A stretch of DNA of 64,000 nt. Origin: a virus. A model generated the notes under the pieces. That model was not told the origin of the DNA and searched no databases. It worked only from the letters and a program-made list of their open reading frames with translations. Position 1 is the first letter of the stretch, and each line of letters starts with the position of its first letter. The stretch is taken from positions 45,974 to 109,973 of the IMG/VR virus record IMGVR_UViG_3300022552_000002; one strand, 5' to 3'. The position numbers and the translations under genes were made by a program. Below are positions 18,435 to 25,167 of this stretch, piece by piece.

Positions 18435-18800
18435 ATGTTTGGTTTTTTATTTTCAAAAAGAAAAATAAATAGAAATAGAGAAAAAGCAAAGGAAGATAAA
18501 ACATCATTAGGAAATCTTTTATTAAAAAGTGGTATTATTGAACCAGACGATCTGTGTGATGCATTGGAATTTCAAGATGAGAATACAGATTTTATGTTAG
18601 GAGAAGCTTTGATTCAATTAGGCAAAATAGATCGAGGAATTGTTGAAGCGCTTTTATGGACACAAAGAGTAGAACGAGGAGAAGAAGAACCAGCTAAAGT
18701 TATTCAATTTGCGACAAAACACACACAAAGAATTATGATAATAAAAGATGAAGTAAATGTAATGGCTCTGAGCCTCAATGGAAAGAAAGCTAAAGCATGA
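18435..18800 (+). CDS. Stand-alone MshEN-domain protein (c-di-GMP receptor fold of PilB/MshE/GspE)
   Basis: Two tandem 24-aa motifs, SLGNLLLKSGIIEPDDLCDALEFQ and MLGEALIQLGKIDRGIVEALLWTQ, joined by a 6-aa linker. They match RLGxxLLxxGIIxxxxLxxxLxxQ except at the Arg. Confidence 0.8.
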   Translation: MFGFLFSKRKINRNREKAKEDKTSLGNLLLKSGIIEPDDLCDALEFQDENTDFMLGEALIQLGKIDRGIVEALLWTQRVERGEEEPAKVIQFATKHTQRIMIIKDEVNVMALSLNGKKAKA

Positions 18801-19645
18801 TGGAACTTCCTATCGTTGGCGCTGGCGGTGGTGCAACACTCTATGCTCATTGGGGTGCACTTCAGTGTTTGATGGATCATGATATTTATCCATCAAGTCT
18901 CATTGGTGCATCTGCTGGTGCAGTTGCTTTCGCTCCAATTGCAAATGGAATGAAACCACATGATTGCTTAGGTATAGCACTTGAGCTTCTTCCAAAGAAA
19001 GTAATGTCATTTAATTGGAGATTTTGGCAAAGAGGTCATTGGGGTTTCTATACCTTAAAAGGATTGGAAAAAGCTTTAAGCAAATATGCTCCTAAGAAAT
19101 TCTGTCAATGTTTGATTCCACTTTATGTTGCTACAACAGATTTAACTACAATGAGATCAAGGATATTTAATCCCGATACAACGCCTACCATGAAAGTAGC
19201 TAAAGCAGTAAGGATATCAGCTAGTGTCCCATTTCTCTTTGATTTTGTTCCTTTTGATAACACTATTTTTTCTGATGGAGGTATTGTTGATAATTATCCA
19301 ATCGATTTAGTTGTTCCAGGTTCAATTGATTTAACAAAAGAACCAGCAATAGGTTTTAGACTTTTATCTTCTGGTGAAAGTACAACCAATAAAACACCAG
19401 ATACTTTCTTGGAAGCAGCTATTAATGTTTTAGGAGCAATGAGAGCAGAAGCAGAAAGAAAACATATCGAAAATGCAAATATTTGGTCACGCACCATCAA
19501 TATTCATGTGCCATGGAATTCGATGGACTTTTTGAATATTACCCAGGAGAAAATTGAGGAAATCTATCAAGTCGGTTATGATGCTGTTCAGAAGAAATTA
19601 GATTCTGGATGGAATCCAATGGAGGTTCCTGATGTCCTTAGTTAA
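18797..19645 (+). CDS. Patatin-like phospholipase
   Basis: Gly-rich GAGGGA..AHWG, nucleophile elbow GASAG, RISASVPFLF and catalytic DGGIVDNYP. Confidence 0.92.
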   Translation: MMELPIVGAGGGATLYAHWGALQCLMDHDIYPSSLIGASAGAVAFAPIANGMKPHDCLGIALELLPKKVMSFNWRFWQRGHWGFYTLKGLEKALSKYAPKKFCQCLIPLYVATTDLTTMRSRIFNPDTTPTMKVAKAVRISASVPFLFDFVPFDNTIFSDGGIVDNYPIDLVVPGSIDLTKEPAIGFRLLSSGESTTNKTPDTFLEAAINVLGAMRAEAERKHIENANIWSRTINIHVPWNSMDFLNITQEKIEEIYQVGYDAVQKKLDSGWNPMEVPDVLS

Positions 19646-20846
19646 TGTTCCTATTAATGTTGAAGACATAAGCGTTACTGCTTGTGATTTTGACTATATT
19701 GATGTCTACCGTGCGGAAACAAAATGGGGTTCGTATACTAAAATTACAGATAGCAATTCACGTTTAGAACTATGTGAAGAAGAATCGCATTATGAATATG
19801 GCGACGAAGATGGCTCAGAATACCATTGGTATAAATGGAAGTATGTTCAGACTGATGGAACAGAAAGTATTTTCTATGGTCCGATTCAAGCTCACACACC
19901 AAATGTTACATATTGTAAATTTGATGACGTAAAACGGTTACTTCGTTCAAGAAATTACGAAGGTTCAATACGTTTTTCTGACATCTATAAAAATCTAAGA
20001 AAAGGTGACGACGCACAAGATGTGTCTCTAGCTGCAATTTCACTTAGTCAAGATTATTCAGGTACAGAGCCTTTTAAATTAACGTTCTTGAATGTAACAG
20101 ATTTCAAACTTGAAGTTGGTGATGAATCTGAATTAACACTTAGGTATCTTGGACAAGGAAATATCAATACAGACTTCATTGCAAATGATTACTCTGTAAG
20201 AATCAATAGCGATGATTGGTCTGGTACTCCAGTTCAAGATGACGAGATGTTGTTTGATTCTGATAGCCACATGTCTATCAACGATGCTATTCAATTTATT
20301 AGAGATGCTGAAATTCTTGTTGATGTGATACTTGAAGAAAATCTTGGTTATACAGAAGCAAAAGATAATGAGTTGAGATTTACTAGATCTACTGCACCGA
20401 AAGCTATTGGCGCAGCAACAGCTCGTTTTGCTGCTTTCTTTATCTACACTACCATATACAAGGAACAACAAATTGCTGGTCTGCCAAGCAATATAAATGA
20501 CATCACTACTGCTTTGATTCATCGTAATGACGATCTCTCGAGCTGGGCCAAGCAAGCTATGAAATATCTCAGTGGATATATTAAGAAGTACAGCGAATAC
20601 TTTGATCCAGAATCAGGTAATGCACTTCAAACAGCTCCTCGTTGGATCACAGATGATAGTTTGTTTGATGGTAAGGGAGTCGTTGGAGTTGGTAAGGGCT
20701 TGAGAAGACCAGATATAGATTTGTTCTTTAGTAGATCTAACCAAAGCTACGATGGTTTACTCGATTGGGATTTATTGTTCCCTGGTTACGATGCAGTATA
20801 TGGAACAAGACTTGTCGGTTCAGAGGATGATACAGGTTACTATTGA
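19632..20846 (+). CDS. Putative head-tail adaptor with added Ig-like and beta domains
   Basis: TYCKFDDVKRLL ... IQFIRDAEILVDVIL ... PKAIGAATARFAAFFIY ... WAKQAMKYL follows the Mu gp36-type adaptor pattern. It is the first of three neck genes. Confidence 0.6.
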   Translation: MSLVNVPINVEDISVTACDFDYIDVYRAETKWGSYTKITDSNSRLELCEEESHYEYGDEDGSEYHWYKWKYVQTDGTESIFYGPIQAHTPNVTYCKFDDVKRLLRSRNYEGSIRFSDIYKNLRKGDDAQDVSLAAISLSQDYSGTEPFKLTFLNVTDFKLEVGDESELTLRYLGQGNINTDFIANDYSVRINSDDWSGTPVQDDEMLFDSDSHMSINDAIQFIRDAEILVDVILEENLGYTEAKDNELRFTRSTAPKAIGAATARFAAFFIYTTIYKEQQIAGLPSNINDITTALIHRNDDLSSWAKQAMKYLSGYIKKYSEYFDPESGNALQTAPRWITDDSLFDGKGVVGVGKGLRRPDIDLFFSRSNQSYDGLLDWDLLFPGYDAVYGTRLVGSEDDTGYY

Positions 20847-21457
20847 TGTTTACTCTTGACACAAATATAAATGAATTTCTGAAAGGAATTGAATCTCTAG
20901 AAAAAGATGTTCTTAATCTACAAAGAAGACTTACTGGTGTTGGAATTGCATTTTCTATTTGGCCAAAAGTAAGAGATAGAATTATAACTCTTTTGAAAGA
21001 GAATTTATTACATATTAATGAAGTTGATGTAACAAGTCCAAGGTGGCAGGGCGTAAAGAAACAAATGATTGGAATGCCTGTATCAGAATATCCAGGTTTT
21101 TTAAAATCAAAAGGTTATGGACAGTATACAACAATTAGAAATGTAGGCGGAAGTTGGTTGCCTGTTATTGACGATGATCATTGGAAAGCAACCGGTACTA
21201 TGGAAAGACATTTGATGGAAGAATTAGATCAAGGAATAGATAGTTTGAATGTATCAGAAGCAAATCTTAATGCTAATATAGATGTTGATGTTTCTCAATT
21301 AGATGATGCATATCCAATTATTGTTGATGAAAAACTTATGATAGCAACAGGTGGTAAATTCGGTTTGATTAGATTAACTGAAGAACAAGAATCAGAAATA
21401 TACAAAATGCTCATTCAGGCTACCGGAGACATAAGTAAAGAGTTAGGTGGAGGATAA
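20846..21457 (+). CDS. Putative neck/tail completion protein
   Basis: Lies between the adaptor and the tail terminator, with TGATG coupling. Confidence 0.5.
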   Translation: MFTLDTNINEFLKGIESLEKDVLNLQRRLTGVGIAFSIWPKVRDRIITLLKENLLHINEVDVTSPRWQGVKKQMIGMPVSEYPGFLKSKGYGQYTTIRNVGGSWLPVIDDDHWKATGTMERHLMEELDQGIDSLNVSEANLNANIDVDVSQLDDAYPIIVDEKLMIATGGKFGLIRLTEEQESEIYKMLIQATGDISKELGGG

Positions 21458-21983
21458 AGTGGCTATCGGATCACAAATTAGGCCGAACGAACATTATGTT
21501 GAAACCGATAATCCATTTGATGGTGCTATCGAAAATATTTGTGAAGTTTTGAGAAGAGAATTGAAGGAAGATACTGAACAAAAACTAAAATATATTAGGA
21601 GAAATACACAAGTCACTAGTGAAGATTTAGTTCTAGTTCCGAAACCACCTGTTATTTCTGTTTCGTTTAGTGATTGGGAAGAGAATGTAAGCACGATAGG
21701 ACAAAGATATCCACAAACGGTCGAGTACAGTATTTGGATTGAGATTTATTACTACTACCAAGAGATAAAAAATAAAAGAGCAGAAAAAGATGTGAGAAGG
21801 GCTCTCTGGGAGATCGGCAGATTGTTGAGACGCAATTCGGACTTTAACGGGCTTAGTTCGAAAGGTGCTCAGATACATGGTGGCCGACCAATTCTCAGGA
21901 GACGCAACGACAAGTTGTATGAGGGCGGGATAATACGGCTTCTAGTTCCTGTTCTTGACCAAACTAGGAGAGGCGTAACTTAA
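21447..21983 (+). CDS. Putative tail terminator
   Basis: 178 aa directly before the tail tube, with the pattern P.ISVSF..WEE...YSIWIEIYY...IGRLLRRN..FNG. Confidence 0.6.
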   Translation: MEDKVAIGSQIRPNEHYVETDNPFDGAIENICEVLRRELKEDTEQKLKYIRRNTQVTSEDLVLVPKPPVISVSFSDWEENVSTIGQRYPQTVEYSIWIEIYYYYQEIKNKRAEKDVRRALWEIGRLLRRNSDFNGLSSKGAQIHGGRPILRRRNDKLYEGGIIRLLVPVLDQTRRGVT

Positions 21984-21994
21984 AGGAGTAATCC

Positions 21995-23779
21995 ATGGGT
22001 ACTCTTGGTCGAATTGCAATTGGAGCCCGTGGCCAGACTTCCTACGGGGAAGAGGTCGCTTGGGGCGAACCAGTTGCGCCTACTCGAAGAGTGGGTTTTG
22101 TTTCTGAATCTTTCAACAACGAGATCGCAAGTCTCGTTTCAGAGGAAATCGATCCTAGTCGTGGTATCTCGAAGCGTGCTCAAGGTGTGAGTAACATCTC
22201 GGGTGATCTAGCTTTCGAGCAGAACACGCAGGGATACGAAACTCTGTACAAACATGCTCTTGGTGATCACGTCACCATGAACAAGGTTGATGGTGGTGTT
22301 CGAACACAGATTCTTTCTGATTACGTTTCAGGTACAACGTTGTCAGTTGAGAACAATGCTGTGTTCGAAGGCACACCTGGAGCGGATTGGGGTCTGTCAG
22401 TTGTCTACAAAGACAGCAATGGACTCTTGACCGTTCAGGCAGTGGTATATTCTGCGCTGGATTCTGGTGGTGAAGACATCACCATCGTCGATCCAAGTCA
22501 GGTGCTTCATAAGGGCGCGTGGGTTTTCCAGAGCTATATCGGCAGCGATGACTTCTGGGATGATGTTTACACGCACTACATCGAAGCAGCACGCGATCTT
22601 CCCATCGGTCTGACCTGGGAGATCGGTCGTGACGTGGCGTTCTTCACTTATGGTGGCTGCAAAGTCAACACAGCGGAGAATACCTTCACGGCACAGGAGA
22701 TTTGCACAGGCACATTCTCCTACATCGGTAAGGGCGAGTATGTTGGTGGTGAGTTGGTTTCTGATGTCACTGCTGGTGATACAACCTTTACTCTCACTGA
22801 CTACGTTCTGACAAACAGTGGTAGCATTAGTGCTGCTGTTCAGACTGTTGGTGCTGGTCTCAGTGACATCACTGTGAGTGGTGCGTTCACTGGTGATGAA
22901 ACAACCGCTTACCAAATCAAGATCTCGTTGGCAGGTGCCACAGACGAGTTTGACTGGTCGAGCGATGGTGGCGTGACCTGGACAACTGGTGTCGTTATGA
23001 CTGGTGCAGCTCAGCTGCTCGACCAAGGCGTCTCCATTACATGGGCAGCTATCACAGGCCATGTGCTTGATGACGAGTGGCGCATTCAGACTGGTGACAT
23101 CATCGGTTTCAACTTCTCCGGTGCCACGGTGCAGATGGAGTCCGAGAACGATATCACTTACACAAGCTATAACGCTTACAGTGGTGTCTTCTCTGGTGTT
23201 CCAGCTTCCGGTGTTGGTTCTGTCGAGTATGACCATAGTGCAACTCTTCCGGTTGCTCCGCAGTCTACTTGGGGAACCAGCGTCACAGAGCCGCCAGCTC
23301 TCAATCCCATTACTAGCTTCAAGGCTGGTATCTACATCAATGGGACGTTCCAAGAGGTGCTGTCTGCTAGCTGGACCCTCAACAACAACCTGTTCGCAGA
23401 CAAGTTCCAGCTTGGTGACAGATACCGAGCTGGTCTTCCTGAGCAGCAAAGAACGGTTGAGGGCACGTTCAACACCGAGTTCGATGATACGGTCCTCTAC
23501 AAAGCTTATCTCAAAGGTGCTCGTGCTTTCCTCGAGATTCGCTGCATTGAAGACCAGAACCGCATCGACAGCCAAGGTGTGCAGACTGCTCCGACAGGAC
23601 ACTGGATTTACTCCCAGAAGCACTGTCTGTTCCCGAAGGTCTACTACAGTGGCACCACACCGCAGATCGGTGGCCCTGAGCAGATCGTCCACGATTTCCC
23701 GTTCCAGGCATTCGTGGATAACGAGAACACCATGAATGAAATGGCGCTCATCTTCGTCAACGAAAGAGTGTCCATCTAG
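21995..23779 (+). CDS. Tail tube (major tail) protein with inserted accessory domains
   Basis: YGEEVAWGE, SESF, FFTYGGCKVNT, WTLNNNL, RTVEGTFNTEFDD, FPKVYY and PQIGGPE are siphovirus tube motifs. Strong RBS and codon bias. Confidence 0.85.
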   Translation: MGTLGRIAIGARGQTSYGEEVAWGEPVAPTRRVGFVSESFNNEIASLVSEEIDPSRGISKRAQGVSNISGDLAFEQNTQGYETLYKHALGDHVTMNKVDGGVRTQILSDYVSGTTLSVENNAVFEGTPGADWGLSVVYKDSNGLLTVQAVVYSALDSGGEDITIVDPSQVLHKGAWVFQSYIGSDDFWDDVYTHYIEAARDLPIGLTWEIGRDVAFFTYGGCKVNTAENTFTAQEICTGTFSYIGKGEYVGGELVSDVTAGDTTFTLTDYVLTNSGSISAAVQTVGAGLSDITVSGAFTGDETTAYQIKISLAGATDEFDWSSDGGVTWTTGVVMTGAAQLLDQGVSITWAAITGHVLDDEWRIQTGDIIGFNFSGATVQMESENDITYTSYNAYSGVFSGVPASGVGSVEYDHSATLPVAPQSTWGTSVTEPPALNPITSFKAGIYINGTFQEVLSASWTLNNNLFADKFQLGDRYRAGLPEQQRTVEGTFNTEFDDTVLYKAYLKGARAFLEIRCIEDQNRIDSQGVQTAPTGHWIYSQKHCLFPKVYYSGTTPQIGGPEQIVHDFPFQAFVDNENTMNEMALIFVNERVSI

Positions 23780-23791
23780 CCTAGAGTCTTT

Positions 23792-23872
23792 CCGCTGAAT
23801 TTCCCCCGAGGAGCAGCGGTCGTCATGGAGGTGGGTGAAGTAGTAGCGAGAGCGAACCTTCACTCACCTCCA
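23792..23872 (+). ncRNA. Structured RNA element after the tail tube gene (two hairpins, the second with a loop-E/SRL-like motif)
   Basis: Stem CCGCTG/CAGCGG, then a 15-bp stem TGGAGGTGGGTGAAG/CTTCACTCACCTCCA (one G-U) enclosing TAGTA-GC-GAGA-GC-GAAC. Confidence 0.6.
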
Positions 23873-24127
23873 CTCCCCATCCTTATGATTACAAAGATTT
23901 CATATTGGTTAGCTATTGCGTTTTATTCTCCAAGTATACTTATAGCCAAACTCTATAATTACATTGCATATAAACTTCTTAAATCATCATATGAATCTTA
24001 TGGAATGCCTGCTGGTTATCGTTCGAAGCTAGCCTTGAAGCTAAGGACAAGAGCGTATAAGATAGTGGACGAAGTTGCGGTAGATGCAATTGCATATGCT
24101 GCACAGATAAAAGAAAAGGAGACAATA

Positions 24128-24517
24128 ATGAAAGCGATTCGTGCAGACCACCCCTACGACCTCGTTCCCAAAGAAGACAAAAAGAAGCCAAAGAAAGAGC
24201 AGACCATCTTCAAGGTCAAGTTCATCGATCCCTACATGGCAGCCAAGCTGGGCGACCAGATGTTCGATGTGAAGGGTGCTGGCTCCAGTCGTAAGGAGAG
24301 GCTGCTCACAGGTACACAGGCTCTCGAGATCTTGAAGGATTGTTTGGTGGGTTGGGAAAATCTTGAGCATCCTGATTCTACCGAAGAGAACAAGAAACTC
24401 GTCGAATTCGATAAGAAGGATATCGACGGGATGATTGAGATGGTTCATCCGAAGACCCGCTCCGAGATTGTTGACTTTGCCCGTGGTGAGTCTGAACTCG
24501 ATGAGGGGGAAGAGTAA
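24128..24517 (+). CDS. Tail assembly chaperone (G-like)
   Basis: AAAGGAG RBS before ATG 24128, motif LKDCLVGWENL, located between tube and tape measure genes, ends at a slippery GGGGGAA. Confidence 0.8.
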   Translation: MKAIRADHPYDLVPKEDKKKPKKEQTIFKVKFIDPYMAAKLGDQMFDVKGAGSSRKERLLTGTQALEILKDCLVGWENLEHPDSTEENKKLVEFDKKDIDGMIEMVHPKTRSEIVDFARGESELDEGEE

Positions 24518-25125
24518 AGCTAAGAGATATTGTACGCTTCCGGTATTTCTTAGCGACCGGTGACAGTCCAAAGCAGCGTCAGAAAGAGTGGACTTGCGAC
24601 TTCTGTATGTCGCAAGAAGGCAAAAGTTTGCCTTTGGATAGAAATTGTCCTTTTGCTAATAAAAAAGAAAGGAATCTTCTTCAAAAGAAACATGAAGAAT
24701 CATCTCTTAGAAAATATGACTTTAGTCGCAAAAGAAAAGCACCAAAGAAAAAACAGAATGTTGTTGAAGAGGAAATAAAACAAAAAGAAGCAGAAGGAAC
24801 ACCAGCACTTGTGGTTGGTGAACATGAGATATATTCCTGTCCTGTTGCTATAATGTCAGACAACAGAGGATTGACAGGATTGATAGACCTGATAAACTGG
24901 TCTTCAGATATGCACACTCCATTGTTTGATGGAGGCTTAATTAATCACACTAACTATTACTTTGAATGCTATCGGACTGTTATCGGAGAGCAGAGAGCAA
25001 TTGAAGCTGAAGAGACAAAGAGACATCGCAAGGAAGCTGAAGCTGGTAGGAAGAAGGGTGGCAAAGGAAAAGGCAAGCTAGGTAAACCTCGAGCCGGTAA
25101 AGCTTCCAGAGCGCGAAGAAGATAA
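24505..25125 (+). CDS. Tail assembly chaperone extension (T-like), reached by a -1 frameshift
   Basis: The -1 frame is open from 24505 (GGRVKLRDIVRF...WTCDFCMSQEG...RNCPF...YSCPV), 34 codons before the first ATG at 24607. Confidence 0.75.
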   Translation, partial: GGRVKLRDIVRFRYFLATGDSPKQRQKEWTCDFCMSQEGKSLPLDRNCPFANKKERNLLQKKHEESSLRKYDFSRKRKAPKKKQNVVEEEIKQKEAEGTPALVVGEHEIYSCPVAIMSDNRGLTGLIDLINWSSDMHTPLFDGGLINHTNYYFECYRTVIGEQRAIEAEETKRHRKEAEAGRKKGGKGKGKLGKPRAGKASRARRR

Positions 25126-25167
25126 GTATAAGTATCTCGAAGTTATTAGGTATAAAAGGTTAATAAA

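Noticed and set aside
18797-19645. Patatin as part of a CBASS operon
   Set aside because: No CD-NTase or Cap2/Cap3 genes are nearby, and the neighbours are virion genes.
22397-23863. 488-aa antisense ORF over the tail tube gene
   Set aside because: It is a mirror frame of a codon-biased gene, with no recognisable motifs or RBS. The same applies to the many antisense ORFs over the MCP, scaffold and TMP.
23780-23880. c-di-GMP riboswitch or tRNA in the structured intergenic region
   Set aside because: It lacks the GEMM consensus and has no cloverleaf or TTC loop. I saw no tRNA anywhere in the window.
24593-24616. CTTGCGAC/GTCGCAAG hairpin as the frameshift stimulator
   Set aside because: It is about 80 nt from the slippery site, too far for a classical stimulator. 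It may instead occlude ATG 24607.
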